This document shows, in pieces, positions 46,281 through 55,436 of a stretch of DNA of 64,000 bases. This DNA is from an uncultured Gammaproteobacteria bacterium (GTDB taxonomy: Bacteria > Patescibacteriota > Microgenomatia > UBA1406 > GWC2-37-13): NCBI GenBank assembly GCA_964412815.1, contig CAYPQF010000038.1, positions 11,284-75,283 of the forward strand, written 5' to 3'. Both the position numbers and the translations under genes were made by a program. The notes under the pieces were generated by a model. That model searched no databases and was not told the DNA's origin. It saw only the letters and a program-made list of their open reading frames with translations. Position 1 is the stretch's first letter, and each line of letters starts with the position of its first letter.

Positions 46281-47201
46281 ATGATCTCGATTTTTTATAA
46301 AAATACCAGATCGAAGAAGATTCATAAGCTGGAAGACTACCGGTCAAACTCCTGGATCTCTGTTGAGGAACCGACTGACGAAGAGCTTGAGACTGTTGCT
46401 ACACGGTATAAAATTGATATCGGGTTGTTACAGGACGCTATGGACATCAACGAACTACCTCGCGTAGAATACGAGGACGGGATCCTGTATGTCTTTACCC
46501 GCTTTGTGTACGGCTATGGCACCAGTGTTCTCACTGCCCCCATGCTGATAGTAATGACGCGAGGATCACTCCTCACCATCTCGCCGAAATCACTCCCGTT
46601 CCTGGAACGGTTTCTTAACGGAAAAATTGCGTTTAACACCATTGACCGTACTACCCTGTTGCTCAAAATCCTGCGCCAGATCAGTTCTAACTACACAAAC
46701 TCCTTGAACAGTCTCGGGAAAAAAATTATCGGATTCAGTAAGCGGGTAGAGAATATTAAGAATAAAGATATCGTTCAGTTTATTCAGTATGAGAATATTT
46801 TGTACGATCTCAATACTGCTCTGGTACGAAACGAGACCATCTTCCGAAACTTAATGACAGGGAAAGTAATGAAATTTTCTGAAGATGAAATTGACCTGGT
46901 CGAAGATCTGGCGCTGGAGAATGCACAGAATATGGAGATTGCCAAGGATAACATCCGTACGATTGTCAATGTCCGCGAGTCGTACTCCACCATTCTGACG
47001 AACAACTTGAACAACGTCATCAAACTCTTTACTTCACTCACCGTAATTCTCACCATACCGACAATCCTGGGTTCATTTTTCGGTATGAATGTGGCCCTAC
47101 CCCTCGCCGATCATCCCTATGCCTTCTACGAGATCATTATTGTGTGTCTGATTCTCATGCTGATTCTGGTCGTCATCTTTATTAAGAGAGACTGGCTGTA
47201 A
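46281..47201 (+). CDS. corA: CorA-family magnesium/cobalt transporter
   Basis: GMN motif in SFFGMNV between two C-terminal TMs. Start moved to MISIFYK (46281). Confidence 0.85.
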   Translation: MISIFYKNTRSKKIHKLEDYRSNSWISVEEPTDEELETVATRYKIDIGLLQDAMDINELPRVEYEDGILYVFTRFVYGYGTSVLTAPMLIVMTRGSLLTISPKSLPFLERFLNGKIAFNTIDRTTLLLKILRQISSNYTNSLNSLGKKIIGFSKRVENIKNKDIVQFIQYENILYDLNTALVRNETIFRNLMTGKVMKFSEDEIDLVEDLALENAQNMEIAKDNIRTIVNVRESYSTILTNNLNNVIKLFTSLTVILTIPTILGSFFGMNVALPLADHPYAFYEIIIVCLILMLILVVIFIKRDWL

Positions 47202-47248
47202 TCTCTCTGTGCAGCGTGACGTAGTTTCTGGCTCAACTATATACCGAC

Positions 47249-48769
47249 TTACTGCACCAGTACTGTTGTACCAACCTCCGCCCATTGGTAGAGCTGCGTC
47301 ATCTTGTCGAGCGGCGTGTTTATACATCCGTGACTGCCAACACTTAAGTAGTCCATCGTTCCATACACCGTCCTCCACGACGCATCATGGAGTCCGTACC
47401 CCTGGTAAAACGGCATCCAGTAGGTAACCATGTTGTCATAAAAAATACCCGGAAATGGCGATCGCATCCGGAAATTCATCGTTTTGAGGTAGATCGCAAA
47501 TTGACCTTTCACGGTTTCAAATCCAGCTTTGCCGGTGGTAACGGGGACAGGTTCCGTGAAAATAGAGATACCGTTTTCGTACGCGTATAAACGTTGTTTG
47601 GCAATATCGACCAGGATCAGTTTGGGGACATCAACCGGAGGGACCGGAATTCCTGACTCTTGTTCGCGCCGTTTTTGTTCTGCCAACAGGGCCTGCCGCT
47701 CCTGTTCTTCGATCTCCTGTTTTTTCGAACGGGTTGTTTCCAGTACCGGATAGACATCCGTGGCTGCCAGCTGCTGTAACTGCGTACTGCTCGCTTCTAC
47801 TGACTTTACCGTAATCAGATTGGTAGCGGATGATTTTAACTGATTCAGTTTGGCAATCTGTTCAGAAAACCCTGACCGTTTACTAAAAAAAGCCAGTAAT
47901 GTATCTGCTTCTGACAGCGCTGCAGTGACGTTGGTCAGCACCAGGTCACGTTTTGCCCGTTCCATCGACGAAAGCAGCTGTCCGATGGTATCTTCGCAGG
48001 TCTTGATTTCAGCAACCAGTGTATCAAACTCCATGGTTCCCAGCTTGGACTCAAGCGAGGTTGTATAGGCTATCCATTCATCACGTTTGGCTATAGTAAA
48101 GTTGACCGAGGTAGCCAGATTGGATTTGAGACGATCTTTGCAGTCACTCAGTTCTGCCCGCATTTCGGTGGTTACTTTGACTTCACGTTCGGTAATCTGT
48201 TTCCGGTAATCAGAGACCTGCTCAACACTCAGTTCGCCTTTGGCTGAAACATCTTTCACACTCAGCAGAAAGCCCTGAACTTCGTCCTGCGAAGGGTACT
48301 GATACTCCTGAGCAATGGTGTGTTTTCGCTCCAGTTCTGCTAAATCCTGATTAAACGCATCCTGTTCCTGTTTGAGGACAGTACTGTACTGTGCATTGAT
48401 TTGCTTATTAAGACCTTCCAGTTCGCTTTCTGCAGCAAATAAATACCATAAAAAGGCACCCTGTCCTGATGAAGCTATTTTCTTGTCCGCACCAGAGAGC
48501 TGTGCATAGTACTCCTGAGCATTGTAACCGTACTCTTCGACGACCGCAATCTTTGCCGTTGCGTCTTCGAGCAGAAGTTTCGTCCGTGCCTGCATTTTAA
48601 GGCCAAAGAAATAATAGAGCGCACTACCCGCTCCGATTAAAACCAGAAGAGTCAGGACAATCATGATGGTGGATAATCTGCGCGGCTGCATCTGAAGCGG
48701 AGCAACCTGATTGTGCTGAGACGGATTCTGCCCTGGACTAAAAACAGTTCCCTGATCCGCAATCGTCAT
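47249..48769 (-). CDS. L,D-transpeptidase (YkuD domain) with long coiled-coil N-terminal region
   Basis: The C-terminal GYGLHDASW...VGSHGCINTP is the YkuD catalytic His/Cys motif. One N-terminal TM is followed by ~330 aa of coiled coil. Confidence 0.8.
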   Translation of the reverse strand: MTIADQGTVFSPGQNPSQHNQVAPLQMQPRRLSTIMIVLTLLVLIGAGSALYYFFGLKMQARTKLLLEDATAKIAVVEEYGYNAQEYYAQLSGADKKIASSGQGAFLWYLFAAESELEGLNKQINAQYSTVLKQEQDAFNQDLAELERKHTIAQEYQYPSQDEVQGFLLSVKDVSAKGELSVEQVSDYRKQITEREVKVTTEMRAELSDCKDRLKSNLATSVNFTIAKRDEWIAYTTSLESKLGTMEFDTLVAEIKTCEDTIGQLLSSMERAKRDLVLTNVTAALSEADTLLAFFSKRSGFSEQIAKLNQLKSSATNLITVKSVEASSTQLQQLAATDVYPVLETTRSKKQEIEEQERQALLAEQKRREQESGIPVPPVDVPKLILVDIAKQRLYAYENGISIFTEPVPVTTGKAGFETVKGQFAIYLKTMNFRMRSPFPGIFYDNMVTYWMPFYQGYGLHDASWRTVYGTMDYLSVGSHGCINTPLDKMTQLYQWAEVGTTVLVQ

Positions 48770-48862
48770 ACTGTTCCATTATAGCGTTCTGAACCTGTTG
48801 CTGGCAAGCCGAGTAGAATGATAATAACGTTCTCTTAACTGTCTCTTTGTTATGATACTACT

Positions 48863-49264
48863 ATGAAAAACAAATCAACTTTTTCAACTGAAGAGCTCAA
48901 GAAGAGATTGTCAGACATGGAGTACGCCGTAACACAGGAAAAAGCGACAGAGCCACCATTTACCGGCGCTTTTGTCCATAACAAAGAACAGGGAACTTAT
49001 ACCTGTATTGTCTGTGGAACCCCTCTCTTCAGTTCAGATACCAAATTTGATTCCGGGAGCGGTTGGCCCAGCTTTTGGGATGTCATTGAAAATGGAAACG
49101 TAGAACTTCATGATGACTTCAGCTATGGCATGAACCGGGTAGAAGTAGTCTGTGCTACCTGTGGAGCTCATCTCGGGCATGTTTTTAACGATGGTCCGGC
49201 AGAAAAAACAGGACAGCGATATTGTATTAACTCTGCAGCGTTAGAGTTTAAAATGAAGGGATAG
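48863..49264 (+). CDS. msrB: peptide-methionine (R)-S-oxide reductase
   Basis: CIVCGTPLF and [12 protein letters not shown] zinc CxxC pairs, and RYCINS (catalytic Cys). Confidence 0.9.
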   Translation: MKNKSTFSTEELKKRLSDMEYAVTQEKATEPPFTGAFVHNKEQGTYTCIVCGTPLFSSDTKFDSGSGWPSFWDVIENGNVELHDDFSYGMNRVEVVCATCGAHLGHVFNDGPAEKTGQRYCINSAALEFKMKG

Positions 49265-49337
49265 TGCAACGGGTAACGCTTTGTGACGATCAAGCACAAA
49301 CGCGCTTGAACGCACAAAACGTACCTGAGGGTGAATC

Positions 49338-49601
49338 TTATTCACGGTTTTCTTTTGGCTTGGCAACATTAACAACCAGCGGACGTCCTTCGACATCTTT
49401 CTGGTGCATTGCATCAACTGCTGCCTGTGCTTCTTCTTCGGTTGAGAACGTAACGAAACCGAATCCTTTTGAACGACCAGAATGACGCTCAGTGATTACG
49501 ATTGCTTCGACGACTTCTCCAAACTGTGAGAACAGTTCACGGAGTTGCTCATCACGAATTGACCATGGTAAATTACCAACGTAGAGTTTCTTATTATCCA
49601 T
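49338..49601 (-). CDS. RRM-type RNA-binding protein
   Basis: RNP2 KLYVGNL and RNP1 KGFGFVTF. 87 aa. Confidence 0.85.
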   Translation of the reverse strand: MDNKKLYVGNLPWSIRDEQLRELFSQFGEVVEAIVITERHSGRSKGFGFVTFSTEEEAQAAVDAMHQKDVEGRPLVVNVAKPKENRE

Positions 49602-49881
49602 TCATCTCCACCCGCCTTTCACATTTGGAATAAATTATTAATCCAAATGAAGTCTTGCTCTGGAGATTCTTTTCATCGCAGATTAAAACATTCATTCTAA
49701 GAGTATATTATACCATGTTAAAACACGGGTGTTTGTGAGGAATATCATATTGAGGCTAAAAAGGAGTGTTTTTAACGGCTATTTAGCGCAAAAAGAACGA
49801 AAAAACGTTTGATATATAAAACTCTGGGATGAAATTCTATGGAGGGGATGAACAATAAATAGTTACTGAATGTAGTGGTAT

Positions 49882-49908
49882 CTCCGGCGAGGGGGTGCCT
49901 CGCCGGAG
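49882..49908 (-). terminator. GC-rich hairpin after the high-GC cassette (no U-tract)
   Basis: CTCCGGCGAG-GGGGTGC-CTCGCCGGAG, a perfect 10-bp stem, ~45 nt past the ORF2 stop. Confidence 0.45.
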
Positions 49909-49951
49909 CGTGCCACTGGAAAACAGGGTGTCGAGCCGGCCGTGAACAGAG

Positions 49952-50299
49952 CTAGCCGCGGACGCCGCTGCCGTCGCTCGACAGGCTGGTCAGCGGGGCG
50001 CGCGGGTTGGACTCCACCTCCTCCTCGGCCAGCACGCGGGCGCGCTGGAGCGACTTCATGATCTTCTCGATCTGGAGCGGGCTCTGCACCCGGATCAGCT
50101 CCTCGAGGATCTTGAGCAGCTCCAGGTTGGTCGCCGGCAGCTGGAGGTCGTCCTCCGGCAGGCCGATCTGCACGAGCATGCGCCCGTAGACGCGGATGAT
50201 CTCGATCTGGCCGCGCAGCACGACCTCGAGGACACGCGGGTTGTTGAGGTCGATAGTCCGCCCGTCGTTGATCAGCTGGCTGATGCCGCTGATCAACAT
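49952..50299 (-). CDS. hypothetical protein, high-GC cassette ORF2 (115 aa)
   Basis: MLISGISQLINDGRTIDLNNPRVLEVVLRGQIEIIRVYGRMLVQIG... 113 of 115 codons end in G/C. The ATG overlaps the ORF1 stop (ATGTTGA). No family recognised. Confidence 0.6.
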   Translation of the reverse strand: MLISGISQLINDGRTIDLNNPRVLEVVLRGQIEIIRVYGRMLVQIGLPEDDLQLPATNLELLKILEELIRVQSPLQIEKIMKSLQRARVLAEEEVESNPRAPLTSLSSDGSGVRG

Positions 50300-50451
50300 G
50301 TGTAGAGGGGCACCGTGGCGCCCCGCAGGTTGCCGGTGGTCAGCTCGTTCAGAGCGTTGCTCGACAGACCGTTCCCCGTCAGGGCGCCGCGGAGCTGCAG
50401 AACCGTGCGGTTGTCCATCTCGAGCGGCAGGGTGGGGTACTCCTGAGTCAT
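50293..50451 (-). CDS. hypothetical protein, high-GC cassette ORF1 (52 aa)
   Basis: MTQEYPTLPLEMDNRTVLQLRGALTGNGLSSNALNELTTGNLRGATVPLYTC. Preceded by the Shine-Dalgarno AGAGGAGAG with a 6-nt spacer. It may be the N-terminal part of a frameshifted single gene. Confidence 0.5.
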   Translation of the reverse strand: MTQEYPTLPLEMDNRTVLQLRGALTGNGLSSNALNELTTGNLRGATVPLYTC

Positions 50452-50508
50452 CGCGATCTCTCCTCTGTTTGTTAGGTGCTTCTTTCCAGTGGCTTTTAAG
50501 CCTATAGT

Positions 50509-50537
50509 ATAATACCACTATCTATATCTAATTGCAA
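50509..50537 (-). promoter_or_regulatory. promoter of the high-GC cassette
   Basis: TTGCAA (50532-50537), 17-nt spacer, TATTAT (minus strand, 50509-50514), in AT-normal sequence. Confidence 0.5.
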
Positions 50538-50590
50538 TAATCCCTATCAATTATGGGTTGACAAGCGAAACAAAAAGTACTACATTTGGA

Positions 50591-50606
50591 GTAAACAAGT
50601 GTTCAC
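50591..50606 (+). promoter_or_regulatory. LexA (SOS) box upstream of the DnaQ/GIY-YIG gene
   Basis: GTAAACAAGTGTTCAC is the reverse complement of GTGAACACTTGTTTAC, the same GTGAAC-N4-GTTTAC word as the two boxes at lexA. It lies 11-13 nt upstream of the -10 (TATAAA/TAAAAT, 50617-50624). Confidence 0.7.
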
Positions 50607-50630
50607 CAGTTGACCGTATAAAATCTGCGT

Positions 50631-52046
50631 ATGCTTCCCAACACATTTTCCTTTGTCGATATCGAGACCACCGGCGGCAGTGTCACCGGCGATCGCATCA
50701 TAGAGATTGGTATCCTTCGCGTGGAGGATGGCAAGATTGTGGAGAAATTCGAGTCTCTGGTTAATCCTCATCATTATATTCCCGAGTTTATTACCGGAAT
50801 CACCGGTATTCGAGCTGAGGATTTAACAGGAGCTCCCACTTTTGAAGAACTTCAGGAGCGCATCTACCCCTTACTGGAAAATAGTGTATTTGTAGCGCAC
50901 AACGCCCGGTTTGACTATGGCTTTATCCGGAATGAGTTCCGACGCCAGGACTACACATTTTCAGCAAAGGTATTGTGCACCGCCAAACTATCCCGTCTGC
51001 TCTATCCTCATCACCGTAAACACAATCTGGACAGCATTATTCAGCGTTTCGGCTTTGCTTGCGAACGTCGTCATCGCGCGTTTGATGACGCGGCAGTTCT
51101 GTGGGACTATTACCAGGCTATGCTCGATGAGTTTGGTGTTGAAGCTATGCTCAAGGCCGTTCAACAGGTCATGAAGTTGCCCAGCACCCCGATTCACCTC
51201 TCACAAGAAGAACTGGACAGATTGCCGGAGATGCCCGGCATCTACGAGTTTTATGGCGATCAGGAAGTGCCGCTGTACATCGGTAAAAGTACCAATATCC
51301 GTGAACGGGTACTCTCTCACTTCTCGGGGGACCATGCGCGTTCGGCCGAGATGGATATCTCACAACAGATTAAGCGCATTGAGACTATTCCCACTGCCGG
51401 AGAACTGGGAGCATTATTGCTGGAGTCGGAGCTGGTCAAGCATAAACAACCGGTATACAACAGACATCTACGTATTAAAAACGTGCATACGGTGATTTTT
51501 GAAGAACGCACCCCGGAAGGGTATAAAATACCGAAAATAGCAGAGATGTCCGAGATTCCCGGAGACACAGTTGCCTCAATTCTTCATATTGCCAAGTCAA
51601 AACGGCAAGCAAAAGAGTTTCTGGAAGAGCTCTGCAGGAAACACAGCCTGTGCCGGAAGCTAATGGGCGTTGAGAAAACAAAAAGCAGCTGTTTTTCCTA
51701 TAAACTGGGGCAGTGTCACGGCGCCTGTGTAGGGGAAGAGCTGGTTGATTCGTATAATCTCCTCTTTGATGTCGTTTTCGAGAACTACCGGGTACTCCCC
51801 TGGCCCTATTCAGGTAAAATTGTGATTCAGGAAGAAAACCAGATTATTGAGAAAAAAGAGTTGTTTGTGTTCGAAAACTGGTGTTTTCTCGGCAAGGTGG
51901 ACGAAGAGTCTGTGTACGACATACCTGAGATGCGCTTTGAACACTGGTTTGAGTACGATATTTACAAAATTATCCGTGGATTTCTGCGTAAAAAACCTTC
52001 ACGGGTAGTTGATCTTTCGGTTCTTTCTACTGCGTCATCTCAATAA
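50631..52046 (+). CDS. DnaQ-like 3'-5' exonuclease fused to GIY-YIG/UvrC-like nuclease (Cho-like)
   Basis: Exo motifs FVDIETTG, VAHNARFDYGF and HRAFDDA. GIY-YIG motif PGIYEFYG...PLYIGKSTNIRERV, then a UvrC-like middle region. Confidence 0.8.
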   Translation: MLPNTFSFVDIETTGGSVTGDRIIEIGILRVEDGKIVEKFESLVNPHHYIPEFITGITGIRAEDLTGAPTFEELQERIYPLLENSVFVAHNARFDYGFIRNEFRRQDYTFSAKVLCTAKLSRLLYPHHRKHNLDSIIQRFGFACERRHRAFDDAAVLWDYYQAMLDEFGVEAMLKAVQQVMKLPSTPIHLSQEELDRLPEMPGIYEFYGDQEVPLYIGKSTNIRERVLSHFSGDHARSAEMDISQQIKRIETIPTAGELGALLLESELVKHKQPVYNRHLRIKNVHTVIFEERTPEGYKIPKIAEMSEIPGDTVASILHIAKSKRQAKEFLEELCRKHSLCRKLMGVEKTKSSCFSYKLGQCHGACVGEELVDSYNLLFDVVFENYRVLPWPYSGKIVIQEENQIIEKKELFVFENWCFLGKVDEESVYDIPEMRFEHWFEYDIYKIIRGFLRKKPSRVVDLSVLSTASSQ

Positions 52047-52156
52047 CCTCGTAGTCCGTATCATCCCCACTTATTTATTGACTTTCCTTCCCTATTTCAG
52101 TTACAGTATAGAAGTACCACACGCTTGCGTGTCATCTTATTCACTTTATTTATACC

Positions 52157-53851
52157 ATGCAAAACACTAAAGTCGCCTACTTTTCGATGGAAATTATGCT
52201 CCGTACCCATATCCCGACCTATGCAGGCGGACTCGGAATGCTTGCAGGAGATCTGCTCCGTTCATGCGCCGATATGAGGGTTCCAGCGGTGGGAGTGACA
52301 CTGGTCTATAATGGGGTTCATTTTGTCCAAAAGATTAATGCGGACGGGTCGCAGAGTTACACCGAGTACGACTGGAGAAAAAACGATCAATTTACCAAGC
52401 TACCCGAAGAAATTACGCTCAAGATTGATGGTCAGGACGTAATTGTAGGGGTCTGGCGCTATGATATCGTCGGCTTTTCCGAGTTTGTAGTGCCGGTGTT
52501 TTTGCTAGATACCGATCACTATCTGAACCAGCCATGGATGAAGCACATCACTGATAGTTTGTACGGCGGTGACCATTATGCCCGCATTTGTCAGGAACTG
52601 GTACTGGGCATTGGTGGCGTACGGATGTTGCGAGAACTAGGGTACAAGGACGTCGAGTTCTTCCATATGAACGAAGGTCATGCGGCATTTGTCCCGCTGG
52701 AACTACTACGGGAGAATAACTACAACGACGAAGAAGTCCGCAAAAAATGTATCTTTACCACCCATACCCCAATCCCGGAGGGGCATGATCAATTTGCGTA
52801 CGATTTTGCCTACAAATACGGAAGCGAATATTTCCCCTGGCATCTCAAGCAACTGGCCACGGAAACGAGCCTGCACATGACACATCTGGCCATGAATATG
52901 AGCCACTACTCCTTTGGTGTATCCGAAAAACATGGAGCAGTCTCTCGGGCCATGTTCCCTGACAAAGAGATTCACTCTATCACCAATGGGGTACATCACC
53001 GCACCTGGACGGCTTCACATATCCAGGATATCTTTAATGATTATATTCCCGGCTGGCAGGATACTCCCGAATTGATGGCTGACGCAGTTGAAAAGATTCC
53101 GGATGATGCCCTGTGGCATGCTCATCAGGAGTGTAAAAAGATTCTGGTCGACTTTGTGAATGAACGGCTGACTTCAGGTGATAACGAAGAAGAAAAACTG
53201 CATCCGGATGCTGACGAACTGTTTGACACCGAAACCTTAACGATCTCGCTGGCACGACGGCCAGTGCCCTATAAACGCCCTCTTATCCTGTATCATGACC
53301 TGAACCGCCTGGTACGTCTTGCAGCTGGTCGCGTACAGATTATCCAGTCAGGAAAGTCTCATCCGGCAGATACCTCAAGTCAGGAGATCGTCAAGCAGAT
53401 TCTGCATATCTCAAAAAAACTGAAAGGCATTGTGAGGGTGGTCTATCTTGAAAACTATTCGCCAAAGATTGCCCGTCTGCTGACCTCAGGCAGTGATGTC
53501 TGGTTGAACACCCCACGAAGACCGTTGGAAGCATCCGGTACTAGCGGGATGAAGGCAGCAATGAATGGCGTACTCAACTTTTCGGTACTGGATGGCTGGT
53601 GGATTGAAGGATATAAAATGACTCCACAAGCAGGCTGGGCGATCGGGCCATTTGACGATAGTGTCACTCCTTCCAACGATGACGAAGCCGATGCCGAAGA
53701 CATGTACACCAAACTGGAACATGAGATTATTCCCTTGTACTACAACAATCGTGCAGAGTGGATCAAACGCATGAAATACGCGATCACTCTCGGCAAACAA
53801 TTCAGTACACACCGCTGCATACGGGAATATATGGAAAAAGCGTGGAAATAA
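52157..53851 (+). CDS. glgP: alpha-glucan phosphorylase (GT35, short form)
   Basis: GGLGMLAGD near the N-terminus and EASGTSGMKAAMNG (PLP lysine). Confidence 0.85.
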   Translation: MQNTKVAYFSMEIMLRTHIPTYAGGLGMLAGDLLRSCADMRVPAVGVTLVYNGVHFVQKINADGSQSYTEYDWRKNDQFTKLPEEITLKIDGQDVIVGVWRYDIVGFSEFVVPVFLLDTDHYLNQPWMKHITDSLYGGDHYARICQELVLGIGGVRMLRELGYKDVEFFHMNEGHAAFVPLELLRENNYNDEEVRKKCIFTTHTPIPEGHDQFAYDFAYKYGSEYFPWHLKQLATETSLHMTHLAMNMSHYSFGVSEKHGAVSRAMFPDKEIHSITNGVHHRTWTASHIQDIFNDYIPGWQDTPELMADAVEKIPDDALWHAHQECKKILVDFVNERLTSGDNEEEKLHPDADELFDTETLTISLARRPVPYKRPLILYHDLNRLVRLAAGRVQIIQSGKSHPADTSSQEIVKQILHISKKLKGIVRVVYLENYSPKIARLLTSGSDVWLNTPRRPLEASGTSGMKAAMNGVLNFSVLDGWWIEGYKMTPQAGWAIGPFDDSVTPSNDDEADAEDMYTKLEHEIIPLYYNNRAEWIKRMKYAITLGKQFSTHRCIREYMEKAWK

Positions 53852-53909
53852 GCTATAATGAAACAAGTCGCCGGTCTGTGTCTCTTGTTATGACCTGCGG
53901 ACTGATTAT

Positions 53910-55412
53910 ATGACTACCGCTCTCTGGAAGAAAATCATAGGAACTATTCTCCTGTGTATTTTATTTGTAGCTCTCATTCTCCGATTACAACAGCAGTCAA
54001 TTATTCCGTTATACGACTGGGATGAGTCCATTTATGCCCAGGTTGCATACGAAATGTCGCAGAATAACAGCCTTCTGCTTTCATATAATGGCAATCCGTG
54101 GCTGGAAAAGCCTCCGCTGTATTTTGGCTTGCTTGCTCTGATCTTCGAGTTCGCGGGGAGAAATGAAGTTTTGTTACGGGGTATAAACATAGGGTTTGCG
54201 ATACTGTTAACGGTTCTCCTGTATTTCCTGACCAGAAAAATTCTAGCAACCCTCTATGAGAAAGAACTGAAAACAGTTCCAGCACTGGCACAGATGCTGC
54301 TATCGACTCTCCCGGCATTCTTTCTGTTTGCCTCTCCTGCCTTTATCAGCAGAACTGTCACGATCAATGTTGATTTAATCTTGGCAACCGGCTGGATTGG
54401 ATTCTTTTTGTTTAGTGGCAGATGGCTACTGCAAGCTGTCTTTTTATTGTTTGGCGTACTGTCAAAATCACTGTTTGGATTTTATTCACTGGCAATCTAC
54501 GGACTGATACACCTTCCCAAACTGAGCCGCAGAACACTCGGATACATTGCCGGGTTAGCCGCGGCCGGGCTGGCATGGTATCTGATTATGCTGGCAATGT
54601 ATGGTGGCCAATTTGTACAGATTCATTTTATTGATCATCTGTTCCGCCGCTTTAGCGATCCAATTGAACTCAAGTTTGGCGGCCGTCTGTACTATGCCAT
54701 TGGCCTCTGGAATGATTATGGTCCAGTATTACTTGCCATTCTTGTATCATACGGATTACTGCTGGTCGAACTGCTCCGGGATCTCAAAAAACATGTTAAG
54801 ATTTTTTTAACCAGCCCCCGCTGGGAGGCATACTGCATTCTGTTTTCTCCGCTCCTGTTTCTCGGACTGCTCACCATGAGTAAAACCAAGATTATCTGGT
54901 ATCTCATTCCCCTGTACCCGCTTCTGGCACTGGCTCCCGCAGTGGCACTGGCTTCTCTGCTGCGCTATCAGAAAACTGCTGTCACCGGTATTAGTGTTAT
55001 TATGACAGTGGGACTTACGGTATTAATCTTCCGGAACACGCTCACTTACACCGCGTTCCCGGACAACACCACCAGAGTACAGCTGGCTGAATGTATGGCA
55101 ACAGTCCCCGGAGATACGGTAGCGTTTTTTGTAGACGAGCAGGAGCGCAAGAATATGGTCGCTATGAAATCAGCCAATATTAACATCTCAACTTCATTTG
55201 ATTATGGTGGCACGCCGCGATTTATCTATTACAGTCGAAAAAAAGTCGACTTTTTTTATGATTTTGAAACGTTTGAACAAGCTGCTGACAGATATCCTCT
55301 GGCGGTGATAACAGCTGAAGATTACCTCAAACTTAAAACCGTTGATAAATTCGGCTCTTCCAGGGTAAAAGAATGTGAGTTTGATAACTGGCAGGGATAC
55401 CGGCTCAAGTAA
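53910..55412 (+). CDS. GT39/ArnT-like (PMT-type) membrane glycosyltransferase
   Basis: First loop YDWDESIYAQVAYEM (DE motif), EKPPLYF and more than 10 TMs. Confidence 0.75.
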   Translation: MTTALWKKIIGTILLCILFVALILRLQQQSIIPLYDWDESIYAQVAYEMSQNNSLLLSYNGNPWLEKPPLYFGLLALIFEFAGRNEVLLRGINIGFAILLTVLLYFLTRKILATLYEKELKTVPALAQMLLSTLPAFFLFASPAFISRTVTINVDLILATGWIGFFLFSGRWLLQAVFLLFGVLSKSLFGFYSLAIYGLIHLPKLSRRTLGYIAGLAAAGLAWYLIMLAMYGGQFVQIHFIDHLFRRFSDPIELKFGGRLYYAIGLWNDYGPVLLAILVSYGLLLVELLRDLKKHVKIFLTSPRWEAYCILFSPLLFLGLLTMSKTKIIWYLIPLYPLLALAPAVALASLLRYQKTAVTGISVIMTVGLTVLIFRNTLTYTAFPDNTTRVQLAECMATVPGDTVAFFVDEQERKNMVAMKSANINISTSFDYGGTPRFIYYSRKKVDFFYDFETFEQAADRYPLAVITAEDYLKLKTVDKFGSSRVKECEFDNWQGYRLK

Positions 55413-55436
55413 AACCACTACTCTAATCGTCTGTAG

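Noticed and set aside
50300-50518. The ORF-track version of the high-GC ORF (188 aa starting at 50518)
   Set aside because: The first 73 residues (Arg/Pro/Gly-rich, RRDRDDSGVPHPAARDGQPHG...) are stop-free read-through, which is typical of high-GC DNA. A different frame carries an SD-preceded ATG (50451) and a sensible 52-aa product. I therefore split the region into ORF1 and ORF2.
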